A stretch of DNA of 64,000 nt from the NCBI RefSeq assembly GCF_006345805.1, contig NC_042999.1:111166001-111230000 (forward strand). Direction: 5' to 3'. The position numbers and the translations under genes are program-made. How positions within the stretch are numbered: position 1 is the first letter of the stretch; each line of letters starts with the position of its first letter. Below, piece after piece: positions 49,196 to 63,126 of the stretch. This DNA is from Octopus sinensis. Lineage: Eukaryota. The notes below the pieces were generated by a model. The model did no database searches. It saw nothing but the letters and a program-made list of their open reading frames with translations, and was not told the origin of the DNA.

Positions 49196-49699
49196 CAATG
49201 GTCATACTCGATAACGAGGGGGCAGCCACCATGTATGTATGTATGTATGTATGTATTTATGTATGTATGTATGTATGTATGTATGTATGTATGTATGTTT
49301 GCATGCATATATGTATGTGTGTATGTATGAAACTATTGCAATGTAAAAGACATTGATGAAATTAGATATAAAAGGTAAAATCATGTATGGTATGATATAA
49401 TGCAGCAAGCCTTGTATTTCATAGAACGAAAATGAAAATGATTATGTATTAATTATCGTTATGAACAACTGATAGTTTTAAAATCTTTGTAAGTCATAGA
49501 AGTTTTGTGCGCAAGCAGTAATAAGCTTTCATAGTATTTGTTGAATAGAGAAACTGGGGAAATGAGTAAAAACTTTGTTTGAAATGGTTTGATATCGTGT
49601 CGATATAGGCCTTGAAAATGTGTTTTGTCTAGACATTTCATACGAAGAAGACAAAATTTTAAAATTTTAAAATATTATGGTGCCTTTTCTCCATGTATT

Positions 49700-50200
49700 T
49701 CCTTGCTGACATTTTGGCATACAGATATGAGTACATCTATGTAGCTACAGTGACTAGAATGTACTTTAACTTTCTTGATAATAGACAACTGGGCATTAAT
49801 ATCCTATCAGGGGAAAAATAATGCGAGATAAATACTGGGGTGCTTTAGCGAGGTCTAATTTTCTTGTTTGAAAAATATAAATGCATTCTACCAGAGACAA
49901 ATTGTTTGGTATCTTTACCCATGAAGTTCTAGAAATCTAGTACTCTTGAGTATTTTATACCCAGAAATTTTCTCATCACAATACCCATGTCTTTTGCATA
50001 ACTTGATTACAAACCTCCTTTCCCCAAAGAGCACTAAATTTCATTTATGCTCGTCCAGCTTCGCATAACCATTGGGTATGATCTCAATTATACAAGCACA
50101 TGAAACGGTGCAATCAGGTAAAGAAAATAGCACTACAAAATTTAAACCCATCGCTAGCATTTTGTCTTTAATTCATTTTTCCTACTATAACCATCTGAAA
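49700..50200 (-). pseudogene. Very old CR1-like RT fragment (tentative)
   Basis: Weak minus-strand motifs AKDMGIV (cf. EKDLGV) and IRPR (cf. VRPxLEY); heavily decayed. Confidence 0.3.
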
Positions 50201-50348
50201 GCCACTGGAATGTATATTACGTAAATTGAAATTCCAGCTTCAGCAGTAAAAATTTGAAGCTTCCAATTTCTTCTTGTCCTGCATTTTTCTAGGTTCTATT
50301 AATTTAGAATACATACAGACAGACACACATGTACACACACACACACAC

Positions 50349-50387
<39 letters not shown>

Positions 50388-50504
50388 GCATACAAGTATG
50401 CATATATACATATGCTTATGTACATAAACACACAAGAATTCCTGTATATACGCATATATATGAATGTATACACGTATATATAATATAAATGCACACAAGT
50501 AAGC

Positions 50505-50545
<41 letters not shown>

Positions 50546-51850
50546 GAGAGTGAGAGAGAGAGAAGGGAAGAAGAGATACAATTACATACACATGCATACT
50601 GTACATGCATAATTTTGAACACATACTTAATATATTGTATAATTCCAAAATATATACTTAATACATTCATTCATTAAAAAAAAGTATTATCATATTTAAG
50701 TTATGTGTGGATAAAATCAATACTTGTATTTAAGAACTAATATTGATATTTATTAATTTACAAGAATCTTATGACCACTTCATTTATTTCTTCATTGCAG
50801 ACAACAAATCAACTCACTGGAGCTATTTATATAAAATGCCGCCTTTCTCAGACATCACAACTGTTTGGCTCATCTTCTTACATATTTCCATTTATATATT
50901 TCCTCTGCTCTCTTTCTATACCATTTTTAGAATTGTACAAACATATCTGCAAGAATTCTCTCTAAATGCAACCAAAAACATGTCAGTTTTATTTATGCTG
51001 ACTGAAAACAAAACAAAAACAAAAGTACAAAGATGAAATGATGACGATGACGACTATGATGATGATGAGGATGAGGAGGATGAGGAGGAGGATAAAATAC
51101 ATGAAATAAAAATACAAGAAACAGTTAAAAGAAAAGAGGGTTTGGTTATTTCAATTCCAGATGTTAGGGAGCTCAAGAACTTGTAAAATAGTCGAATATG
51201 ATGAGTTTTGGTCCCTTTAACAAGCATGCTGATGATATTTTTATGTCTTCACACCTTTTAAAGGAACTGGAGAAAAGATCAGAATCTTTTATAGGAACAG
51301 AGAAAGTCCAAAAACTAAAATTCTGACGTAAACATATTAGAACGATTTAAGGTGAGGTAACTCTTTGATACAAAATATCAGAAACAATAAAAATAAGAAA
51401 CAAAAAACATAAAAAGAAATAATAATAAGAATATACAGAAAAATCGCTGTTCACAAATCTGCTTTTACCATTAATATTCTGAGGAGATTTCCAAGATGAT
51501 TCCGTCAAAAGTACGAAGCAGGAACATCCAGCGACTCAGGCATGGTATACGTGTTGAAGGCTTTTGAAAAGAAGAGACTATTACAATGTACTTACAAATG
51601 ACATGACAGATTTAAGACATGGTTAAATAGTCACTGACATGGTTGGGAAATAAGACCTCATGCTGGTCTATCTGTTGTTATGAAACTCAGTAGTTTCCCG
51701 GCGTATTTAAGCATAAGCAACGTGTATGTGTGTGTGTATGTAAAGTGCGTGTGTGTGTGTGTGTTCGTGTGTGTGTATGTAAAGTGTGTGTGTGTGTGTT
51801 TGTGTGTTTATGTGAAGAGTGTGAGTATGTGTGTGTAGTGTGTGTGCATG

Positions 51851-51887
<37 letters not shown>

Positions 51888-52129
51888 AGTGTGTGTTTGC
51901 ATGTTAGTGTGTGTGTGTGTGTGATTTTAGTCGCGCAGTTATTCCATCAATATCGATTGCTGAACAGTTAAGTTATGGGATCGAAAGAGACAATATTGAC
52001 TTTTTAGACATAAGCATATACACATACAGACAGTCATATACACACACACACCGTAACTGGTGCCGTAAAATACTCATAGAGATATTAGTATGTTTTAAGC
52101 TAACAATATATAATTTCAGTAAAGCGGTG

Positions 52130-53514
52130 AGACAGCAGAATTCTTAGCACGCAGGACAAAATGCTTAGGGACATTTCATCAGTCATCACGTTCTAAGTTC
52201 AAATTCCGCCGAGGTTGACTTTGCCTTTCATTCTTTCGTGATCGATAAAATATGTACCAGTTGACTACTGAGTTCGATGTAATCGACTTACATCTCCCCC
52301 GAAATTACTGTTCTTGTGCCAAATTTAAGACTTTAAGAACAGCGTTTTCCAACATAAATGCATCAACTACCAGTCTAGTCTTCTACTGAAAATCTTGGTC
52401 AGGCCTGCATGTATAGACACAGATATATGATCCATACTATCCGAGAGAAGTCCACGAATACATAATAATACATGTATAATATTAATTTCAATTTTTGGCG
52501 CAAGGCCAGAAATTTCTGGGGCGGGTCTAAGTCCATTAATTCTACCCCAGTGCTTAACTGGTATTTATTTTATCGACCCCGAAAGGATGAAAATAAAAGT
52601 CGAAATTTGAACTCAGAATGTGAAGACAGACTAACTACCGTTAAACATTTTGCCCGCCGTGCTAATGACTTTGCCGGTTCACTGCTTTTATAACAGGTAT
52701 AATATTAGCTAGTAACACGTTTATTATTAAACAAAATTTAAATAACTTAATGATTTTAGATTTTTTCTTGAACATGGAGTATTGAGACAAAAATTTCCGC
52801 AGTAGATTTATGTGAGAAAGTTTTGTTAGTTTGTGCTCGAAGCACCATTTTGATACATCAATCAATAATGGCTTCAAATTTTGATACACACGGTCATCAG
52901 TTTTTGAGAGTTAGGGAAAGTTGATAACACGGACCCAAGTAGTTGACTGGTACTCATTTTATCAACCCTGAAAGGATGAAAAGCAAAGTCGACTTCGGCG
53001 GAATTTCAGCTCACAACGTAAAGACGGACGAAAAGCCACTATGTAGTTTTGTCCGACGTGCTAACGATTATGCCAGCTTGCTGCCTTTGGATATATCAAT
53101 AAATAATTGTTTCTACTATAGATACAAGACCTGAAATTTTGTATGAGGGGGCTAGTTAATTATATCGACCTCAGTATTTGACTGGTACTTATTTTATCGA
53201 CCTCGTAAAATGTAAGGCAAAGTCAACCTCGGCGTAATTTGAACTCAGAACGTAAAGGCGGACCAAATGCCTGTAAGCATGGCACGCTAACGATTCTGCT
53301 AGCGCAACGCCTTTGATATACCAATGAATCCTTTCTACTAAAGGTGCAAGGCCTGAAATTGACTGGTACTCATTATAGTCGATTATACCTACCCAGTGTT
53401 TCACTGGTACTTAATTTATCGACCCCGAAAAGATGAGAGGCAAAATCGACCTCGGTTGAATTTGAGCTCACAACGTAAAGGCGGATATGCTAACGGTTCT
53501 GCCAGCTTGCCGCC
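52130..53514. mobile_element. SINE family B cluster: one plus copy (~52130-52330) and four minus copies (~52480-52685, 52895-53085, 53110-53311, 53329-53514)
   Basis: Repeated ~200-bp units with TTTCTACTA..AAGGCCTGAAAT tail, ACCCCGAAAGGATGAAA body and GCCAGCTTGC(T/C)GCC head. Confidence 0.85.
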
Positions 53515-53839
53515 TGAGGTATGTCAATAAATAATAAAGATTATAGTTCTCTCGTGAAACCAGTCTTAATTCATAATTATTTTACGGCGTAATTGAAACA
53601 TATAGGTGCATATTAGAAATATTAGAACAAGAGTGTTTCGGTTTTTTTTTTGGAAATATTAGGATTTAATAAGGACCTGAATATATCAAACCCTAAAAAA
53701 AGACTTGTTAATGGGTAGGGTTACGAACGTGATGTGAAAACATGGTTTAAATTTACATTTTTGTTTTTTTAAGAAAAACTCTCCCAAATTTGAGCTGCGT
53801 CAAATAAGTACATGCAGCTTAATAACCATCAGATACGGC

Positions 53840-53917
<78 letters not shown>

Positions 53918-55242
53918 TAATATAAATATATACATATACATATATAAATATATATATATACATATATACGCACATATATATATGTAAATATATGCATTCA
54001 GATTTATACGTACATATATACATATAGGTATGTATGCATGAGTATAGTGTGTGTGTGTTTATATGTAAATGTGTATATATATGTATATAATCTCTGCATA
54101 AATGTGCGTGCATATGTGTGTGTGTGTGCGTGCACAATGTATGTGCGTTTGCGTGTGTACTTCTGTGCTGGGCTTCCTTTGATATTAGTTTCAATCATAA
54201 GGCTCTGTTTCATGTTTAACCATCTATCATATTTCCCCATTATAATGAAACCATTCAGTGATATTTAAGAAGTCTCATAGCTGAAATAATCTTTCTTATT
54301 TATATACTACTATATATTTATACAAACTGAAGAAGAGACAGAGGGAGAATACTAAGAAGTAAACATGTACATATCTACTACCCGAAAACTAACAGTTTGT
54401 TTTTTGATGTTGACTATTTCGAATCCGTGTTTTTTTTTTGTTATCTTATTCTTCTTGCCGTTATTACTGTTTCCGTTGTTGATCAACTCCAGCTCAAAGC
54501 TTATTGAATAGACCTAAAATAAAATGTATTAAAATGGTTATGTCTTCTTTTTCGTCCTTTCTAAGACTAAGTTATCTAGACCTTCCTTTTTTTAAGGCTG
54601 TACATTTGAAGGGGATTTTTGTTATTTCTAGCATGGCAACTCATGACGTAGAATTTGCCACATTGACTTCGTCAGAATCGTAGTTACTAAATGAATAATT
54701 TATTTCCCTATTCCCCCTCCCCTCCTCCCCCCCTCCTCTCTCTCTCTCTCCTTACTTTCGTTATTGTCATCGTTAGAAATATATTTATATAATCACAAAG
54801 GTCAAATATTTTGGAGGATTTTTTTTAGTACAAAGAAAAGAAAGAAAAGAAAAAAAAGCAGCTTTAAATTCTAGAATTTTAAAACGGAGATTCCATAATT
54901 GAAGTGTAATAAGAGCCTATTACTTTTTTCACAAATTTGAGGGACAACTAACCCGCCAGAAACATTACATTACATATCAAGGCCAGACAGTATGGCGGTA
55001 AAATACATAGTCGAGCGTTGTTTATATGAAGTTTTAAACAAATTCGGTATTGTTGTATATTATGTAAAATATATATTTTCTCCCGATGTTACTTCGTAGT
55101 TTCAGCATCCAATAATCCAGACTTCTTGAATGACATTGTATTTTTGTTTACGCAGTTTTGATAATTATTCTTGTCGCCGCCGTTGTCGTCGTTGTTGTTG
55201 TTGTTATTGTTGAGCTTCCCTGTCTAGCTAATCAGCTCCCAT

Positions 55243-55592
55243 GACTGGTTGTGTGGTTTAGAAGTTCGCTTAGCAATCACATGATTTCACGTTCGGACTC
55301 AGTGCGCGGTTCCTTGGACAAGTGTATTATATTATAGCCCCGAATTGACCAGTGTCTTGTAAGGGATTTTGGAAAACGGAAAGGACCTAGAAGCCTATCG
55401 TGTTTTTAAACATGTGTGTATGTGTATGTGTATCGCCGTGTTTGTCCCAGCATCGTCTGACAAGTGGTGTACGATTGTTTACATCCCTATAACTTAGCAG
55501 CTTGACATAAAAAGTGATAAAATATATACGAGACTAAGCCCTTCACGGTAATGACCCAACATTCAGTCCAATGACTGAAACAAGTAAGAGAG
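55243..55592 (+). mobile_element. Old SINE family A copy
   Basis: GGTTGTGTGGTTTAGAAGTTCGCTT head, CCTTGGACAAG motif, tail ATGACTGAAACAAGTAAGAG. Confidence 0.7.
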
Positions 55593-55640
55593 TAAATATG
55601 CATATACATCTCTCTCTCTCTCTTTATATATAATATATAT

Positions 55641-55702
<62 letters not shown>

Positions 55703-55736
55703 GTATATATGTATATGTATATATACATACATACAT

Positions 55737-55831
<95 letters not shown>

Positions 55832-56639
55832 TACACCCACATACATATGTATGTATATAACTACTGTGCTAGCGTGTGTATGAATTAATTTCTAAATAAG
55901 TTTATACATATTTATAAACATAGACTTAGCTTCGGTATTTAAATAGCTCCAGTGGTTAAGTCACAGCTCCCTTTCTTCAAACTGACTGGGAGGACTGCTT
56001 AACTAATTTCGGCATAGCGTGCTTCGTGCGTTCTACAAAGGCAAAGTAGCTAAAAGCTACTTATGAAAAATGCTGCAACGTGCTGCGATTTTCTAATTTA
56101 CATATCATTACTCTTGTAGGCGGTGTGTATTTATTAACTAAAAGTATTGTGGCAGCTTGTATTCAGGTTAACTGCTAATAATCTAACAGATGTATTTTTA
56201 ATACGAATATATATATTTAGCCTCACTTTGTAAACCATAAGATTCTGCTGAGATCTTTTTTAGGTAGTGAAGTTAAATGTATGTTCATTAAACGCACGCA
56301 TTCAAATTATTTACAGTATATGTATGTGTGTGCATGCATTTAGCTAGACGTCATAGGTTTCATGACGGACTAATCTGTTTCAACATTCTTCACTCAAATA
56401 GATAAATAAAAGCGAAAACCGGCAATAGTGTACTTCCTCTCAAATGAACAGTATCAAACGTACCTTTTAGCACCAACAACAAAGGGAACATTTCCAACAT
56501 AGCTCAAAGAGCAAGAAACCAGAACTCAGTCTCGAGTACAGAATATTCAAATAATAACTATTTATTTACGCAACGATCTTCAGACCATTAACTTCAGGCA
56601 GCAACGAAACCAAAATAATCTACGCGCTCTTCCACTCAC

Positions 56640-57110
56640 CTGTAGCTATTGCTGCTCTCCAAGGGATCCGCTTGGCAGAATATTAGAGTTTAAGATAAGC
56701 AAACTACTTGTTCTTCTAGCATACAAGAAGCAAAATGAAATCGGATTTGCTGTTAAAAATATAATTCCCTAGGTTATAAAAATTAGTAGCTCAAGTACAG
56801 AGAGCACATCATCTCTGCATTTGAATGCATCTGACAGGCATATCATTATTTCTATTTTCCTATACTCACTCTTGCTGATGACGATGAAGAAAATTTGGGC
56901 AACCATGGATATCTCGCGCAAATTCAACTGTGATAATGAATCTTCACGAATGTGTTAAGCTTACGACCTTGGTAAGATCAATGGCAATGAAAGCTCAACG
57001 CCCCTTAGAATTGTGCTGTTATCTCAGCTAATGCGTCACTAGTATCTACGTGGGTAATAAACTCCATCATTGTATATATCCAAGAAACACGTACAGTGGA
57101 ACATTACCAA
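56640..57110 (+). pseudogene. Ancient RTE-clade APE endonuclease fragment
   Basis: IAALQGIRLAE (cf. IAALQETRLA), IGFAVKN (cf. GVGFAVKN) and GKINGNE..LELCCY..CVT (cf. GKMNENGQRLLELC..LCITN), in colinear order with stops. Confidence 0.7.
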
Positions 57111-57679
57111 GTCACCTCAACTCACCTCAAGACCTTTTTAATCACTAAGTGTTTTTGATACAATGCGTTCAATTGTTTGCACCAATGTTAAGCTGTAACC
57201 AAAGAAGCAGTTTCATAGGAACAAGCCTAAGTGGATACATTTCTTAGGCAGCAAAAGTTGCAAAACCAGATAAGTCAGCCTACTTCAATATATAGTTCTT
57301 CACTGCTCTCTGACAGCAGCAGAACATTAAAGACAGCGTTGGTCCAATTTCAAAACAGTAATTAAAGCTATTACTGCAGACACTTTAAGAAGAAAGAAAA
57401 GTCTGCAGGATATGAATTGTATTAATCTAACGCACTAAAGTTATATCCACTTATTGGCACCAAATACAGTATATAAGTATATACAGATATGTGTGAAGGG
57501 GCGGAGAGGGAGATTGAGAGAGAGTGGGAGAGAGAGGGGGTACTCTCACGCACGCAGGTACACATATACATCAAAAACATTCTATAGAATCTTGCAACTT
57601 GGGAAAATACTCAAGTCAAAAACAAATGTAATATTTGGTGGTCTAATGCTGATGATGATGATGATGACGATGATGATAA

Positions 57680-57965
57680 TCCTTTCTACAATAAGTACAA
57701 GGCCTGAAATTTGGGGGAGGGGGCTAGTCGATTTCATCAACCCCAGTGTGTAACTGCTACTTATTTAATCGACCCCGAAAGGATGAAAAGCAAAATCGAC
57801 CCCGGTGGAATTTGAACTCAGAACGATAACAATAATTCTTTCTACTTTAAGCACAAAGCTTGAGATTTGGTACGAGGGGGTTATTCGATTAACATCGTCC
57901 CCAGTTTCTCAGCTGGTACTTCTTTAATCGACCCCGAAGGGATGAAAGGCAAGGTCAACCTTGCC
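57680..57965 (-). mobile_element. SINE family B, two tandem truncated copies
   Basis: Two units of CCTTTCTAC..GAAATTTGG..ATCGACCCCGAAAGGATGAAA..; heads missing. Confidence 0.75.
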
Positions 57966-58050
57966 GAAAATATGCGCTGTGATTTTCAAGCGCAAACCTC
58001 ATTACAACACAATTCGCACACACATATCCAGAAACACACACAAACACCCA

Positions 58051-58201
58051 CACAGACACACAATCACATACACACAACCACTCACAGACACACGTATATA
58101 GGCCGTGTGTATGTATAAATAAACACACACTTATATAGATACGTAGGCACATATATACATACACATACTTACATGAAAGCATGCATACATACATACATGC
58201 A

Positions 58202-58234
<33 letters not shown>

Positions 58235-58952
58235 GCAAACATACACATGCATAGAGACAGACAGACACAAAAATAAATACATACAAGCATACGTATACAT
58301 ACATACACACATACACAAGCGTACATAGATACATATATATAAATACATACACACATACATAGACATGCACACATGCATACATACATACATACATACATAC
58401 ATACATACATACATACATACATACATACATACATACATACAAACGTACATATATACTCTTTGAAATTTCATTAAGATTTGGTCTGACAATCTGGAATATT
58501 GGTTATCCCGCAAGATTGTCTCTGAAGGGAGCAAAATATAAGCAATTTGGGTCTTTAGTTTGCGTTCCTTGTCTACTTGAGATTTCACTTGACTTTCAAT
58601 AGATGTATTTCTTTAGTTTTAGATTTTGTTCTTTATTTTTAGAATCAATTTATTTATTAATTTTGTGTTTTATTTTAGTTTTCCTTTTTCTCTTTTACAT
58701 ACTGTTACATATCCATGGAGCTAAATATATATACATGTATGTATGTATGTATGTATGTATGTATGTATGTATGTATGTATGTATGTATGTATGTATGTAT
58801 GTATGTATGTATGCATGCATGCTTTCATGTACGTATGTGTATGTATATATGTGTGTACGTATCTATATAACTGTGTGTGTATATTTATACATACACACGC
58901 TCCTATATACGTGTGTCTGTGAGTGGTTGTGTGGGTGTGATGTGTGTCTGTG
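58051..58952. repeat. Local inverted duplication (arms ~58051-58220 and ~58790-58952, extended by (TACA)n/(TGTA)n)
   Basis: ACAACCACTCACAGACACACGTATATAGG..TACATGAAAGCATGCAT on the left reappears reverse-complemented on the right. The ORF track shows LYTCVCEWLC on both strands. Confidence 0.85.
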
Positions 58953-59044
58953 TATGCACATATAACACGTAAACACACACACATATATATGTATATATAA
59001 TCATATATGCCTTTATATATATATATACACGTGTGGATATATGT

Positions 59045-59088
<44 letters not shown>

Positions 59089-59581
59089 GCATATATGATT
59101 ATATATACATATATATATGTATGTGTATGTAAAGATATATATATGTGTGTATGTATAGGCATATGTATGTCTATATACACACATACATTTGCTGGGTCCT
59201 ACTTTTAATTATCTTGCGATCCGTTTCCATCAGCCGATCTTTTTATGTCTATCATCATACATATTAATCTTTCTGTATCACATTGCTACATCTCCCCTTG
59301 ATTTAGTCGCATTCAGTCTTAATCCTTTCCCAATCTCTTAAGATTACGTACTTTCACCATCACATACGCATAGAAAAAAGAAAAACGAAACAATCTTGAT
59401 TTACATTTGGCTAACACGAAGAACAAGTAAGAGTAAAAAATATATATATAAAAAAAGGATTAAACGAATGAAAACAAAAAGAATCAAGAAAGTATGAAAA
59501 TACGTAAATAATAATAATAATAATAATAATAATGATAATAATAATAATAATAATATAATAATAATAATAATAATAATGATG

Positions 59582-59682
<101 letters not shown>

Positions 59683-61506
59683 GTAAGGAGAATCGATAGA
59701 ATGCAACTTACTAATATTAGAAAGTCTCCTTTTTGCTCTAATACTTCGTTCCCCAGCCTCCTTTCCGCCCATCACCCCATCTATTATCATATAATGATGT
59801 ATCTTTCTAATTAATTGTGCGAGTACTTACTTACTCCTAACTCCAACCGCCGGTGTTAAAAAGGGGGTTGTACCATATGTTTTATGCTAATTGAAAGCTC
59901 ACTCACATAAGCAGCAGAATTGTATAGCAAAGGTGCTGTGCGTGTTGTTGGGGGTATTGTTTGTGGTCCTTATGGTAGCGGCAGTAGTGACGGCGGTGGC
60001 GGTGATGGTGGTGGTGGTGGTGGTGGTTGTGGTGGTGGTGGTTGTGGTGGTAGTGGTGGCGGTGTTGGGGCTGTTGGCGGCGGCAATGGCAACGGCGTAT
60101 GTGGTGGCATGTCTGGGATCGGAACGTTACATACTTTCACCCACTTTTACAATATTTTTATCTCTCTGATACGATATTGATTTATTAAGTTAATAATTCG
60201 CCTTGTCATCAAGCCTTGTTTACAATTATCTCTTTCTTATTGTTTTCCATTATATCATCTTTTTATTATTAGGAATTCCTTTTATGCTTATTCTTATGAT
60301 TTTATTTTGTTTACACACGCGCACGCGCATATTCTTTTGTCTTCTATCAACCATTAATTTCTTAATTTCCTTTACCTCTGTTGTTGTTGTTGTTATTATT
60401 ATTGCCCTTTTCCAGTCACAGTTATTATATTCAGTTCTTATATGCACCATTTTCTAATGAGCAATAACAGATTCTGAAGTCTGTCAAAGGTAGTTTTGTA
60501 ATCTATCGATATTAGACTAGCAAACTCTCTAGCAAAGTACCATTTGATGGTAAAACGAAATGATATGACATTATTTCTTGTATCACTTGATCACATTACA
60601 ATAATATTTTCTTTTCATTTCATGTTCATTTTCATCCGTCTTATTTATATATTTATTTATTTATTCATCTATTTCTGGTTTTGTTTTGATAAGATGCTCT
60701 TTGTTTTCTTTCTTGTAATTGTTTTTTTTTGTTATATTTAGCAATTTTCCTCTAATATTGTGATTCGATGGTTCAATGTGAATAAACTTAGCCAAATGAC
60801 AAAGATTAAGGTCATATTATTTATTGCTGACATCTAATGCTTTCTTCTGACCTTTTCTGTGTCCTGTTTTGCTCATATTATTGCTGTAAGAGTGACTTTT
60901 GTTGTTGATTCTATTATTACTGCTGTTACAACTGTTGTTCTTATTACTCTTGTTATAGTTTAGCTTCAAATTAACGTTAATGGAATAGATCAAAGGCGTT
61001 CCAACCTTGACCATACCCTCTTTTTTTTAGTGGAATACAGAACTAGTTAACTTCACTCTCCTTCTCACTGTTGTAATGAGAAGCTTACTTCCCAGCCTCG
61101 TGCTATCGGGTTCAGTCTCACTGTGTGTCACTTCACTGGCAATATATTTTCGAGCTGCTTGCTTAAGTTCTGCATGAAAAATGCGTTCTTTACCGAAAAT
61201 ACCCACTCTTTCTTTTACTTGTTTGCTTCATTTGTGGCGATGTCAAGCATTATTTTTCTCTTGACCTTACACGCTTCATATGCTTTCAACGAGAACTTCA
61301 CACAATCCCAGATACCTACCTACCTACATACCTATAGAGATATATACATACATACATACATGCACCTTCGTTTTGGGATCATCACTTCTTTATTACCTCC
61401 CCTCCTCCCTAGCACTCATGTGTGACCCTTCTGTCCGGCATTCGCCATGATAGATCGGTAGCCACTACACATTTTTTATTTTCTCTCCTTGATTTTTTCT
61501 GTGTTC

Positions 61507-61542
61507 CTTTCTGTTGAAGAGCGTAGGCTCGAAACGTTAAAG
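61507..61542 (+). ncRNA. Minimal type I hammerhead motif in a Penelope-like terminal repeat (~61380-61620)
   Basis: CUUU CUGUUGA AGAGC-GUAG-GCUC GAAAC GUU AAAG; flanks similar to those of 33797-33832. Confidence 0.6.
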
Positions 61543-61709
61543 ACTTTTTCACTTCCCGGGCATTATACTAATACATCTGTTTGTTGTCTACACCACCTGT
61601 CTTCGACTTTTGCTTTTTTTTTGTGAATTGTCCCCCTACATACATACATACATACATACATACATACATACATACATACATACATACATACATACATACA
61701 TACATACAT

Positions 61710-62060
61710 ACATCTTACTTTAGTTGCTTTCTCGTATACGAGCAAAACCCTTGCTAGAAAGAATCACTGAAATGAATCATTGATAATGCAATGTGCGGCC
61801 CTTGAGACCAGTGAAAGATTTGTACATTCTAATGCATCATGCACAGCTGTGCTGGCTGGCAGAAGGAACAGATGCCACATGTCTTTTGACATGCCTTCTC
61901 AATCCTCCAGCTGAGAGGCATACCTTTCCACAGGTTGCACATGTTCTGTTGTGAACAATAGCCATATTACAGTTTACAATTGCTCGATTCCTGTGAGTTC
62001 TCTGATTGCTGACCAGGCCCACACGACTCAAGCACCTCCTCCCACAAACCACACACTCAT
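61710..62060 (-). pseudogene. RTE-clade LINE 3' end with tandem C2H2-like zinc-finger remnants
   Basis: CGRRCLSRVGLVSNQRTH, CATCGKVCLSAGGLRRH and a third decayed finger; ends in a (TGTA)n tail. Confidence 0.7.
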
Positions 62061-62064
62061 AGCT

Positions 62065-62700
62065 TCATAGATGATTCCTTCGGCCTCGCCACGGCTTCCT
62101 ACAGAATAGTTATTGAAAAACCTGCAAGAGCAACCTGCTTCCACTCTTGTATTGTGAGCGCCTGTTAAAATGACTTTTATGTTAGGTGCACAACTAAAGG
62201 TGACTCTTAGGTTGTGCTTGCTAAATGATTGCTTGTATATATGTGTGCGTGTGAAATGTTTATCTATTAACTTAAGGAAAATCTTTCCCACACAAGTCTT
62301 GACGTTGAGCGAGAACGGTGGAGCAAACCAAACGACGTTTCTGCAGCGCTTCCTTTTGCGGGTGCTAGACCTTGGCACGTAAGAGATGCGGTCCTTAAAC
62401 CAACTCGATGACAGTGCCTCGTTGCAGTAGGGGGCAGCGGCGTCAAAGATATCTTGACAAGAGGAGAGATTCGAGATCCTCTTGCTTACACCCTTCACTA
62501 GGTTCTTAAAAGTGCTAACATAGGACAGCTTCTCATTTGGCTTTTGATAGGGCCTGTATGTACCAGAGCCCAAATCTAAAGTAACATCTGGGAATCTACT
62601 GTGGTGAGATTACTCTCAATGGTAATCTTGAGTCCCATTGAACCTAGCGCGCTAATTATTTCCTTTCCAAGTCCATCTTGCGTGTGCTCATTGAAATATG
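62065..62700 (-). pseudogene. Penelope-like element fragment (RT end, linker, start of GIY-YIG)
   Basis: GLKITIESNLTTVD, GTYRPYQKPN, KRISNLSS..FDAAAPY, RKRCRNVVWFAPPFS..VGKIFLKLIDKHF, CSC, IIYEA. Confidence 0.8.
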
Positions 62701-62973
62701 TATATGTATATATATATGCGTTTATATATGTATATACATATAAATGTATGTATGGACAGATGTATATACATACATATACACACATGCATACATGCGCACT
62801 TGCACACACACACTCAAACCATTCACACACACGCACGCACACGCACACATATATATTGTGCATATATTAAACATTATTACGCATTTTACAAAATTAGATA
62901 TTTCTTATTACGAATTATTTAACATAGATTTCTACATGTCTCTCTATATATTTGTGTGTGTGTGTGTATGTGT

Positions 62974-63023
<50 letters not shown>

Positions 63024-63029
63024 ATATAT

Positions 63030-63065
<36 letters not shown>

Positions 63066-63126
63066 GCGTGTGCGCGCACACTCACACACACGCTCACATA
63101 TTTATGCATATGCAGTAGTAGTAGTG

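Noticed and set aside
49974-49996. Minus-strand similarity to miR-71 (19/23)
   Set aside because: Mismatches in the seed, no precursor seen, and better explained as the KDLGV-type codons of a decayed CR1 RT.
51207-51228. miR-133-like sequence TTTGGTCCCCTTTAACAAGCAT with a weak upstream hairpin arm
   Set aside because: About four mismatches to a microRNA that is essentially invariant in bilaterians, and a poor precursor; probably chance.
52480-53514. Regular ~200-bp repeats as a CRISPR-like array
   Set aside because: The units are diverged SINE copies; eukaryotic context, no short invariant repeats with unique spacers, no cas genes.
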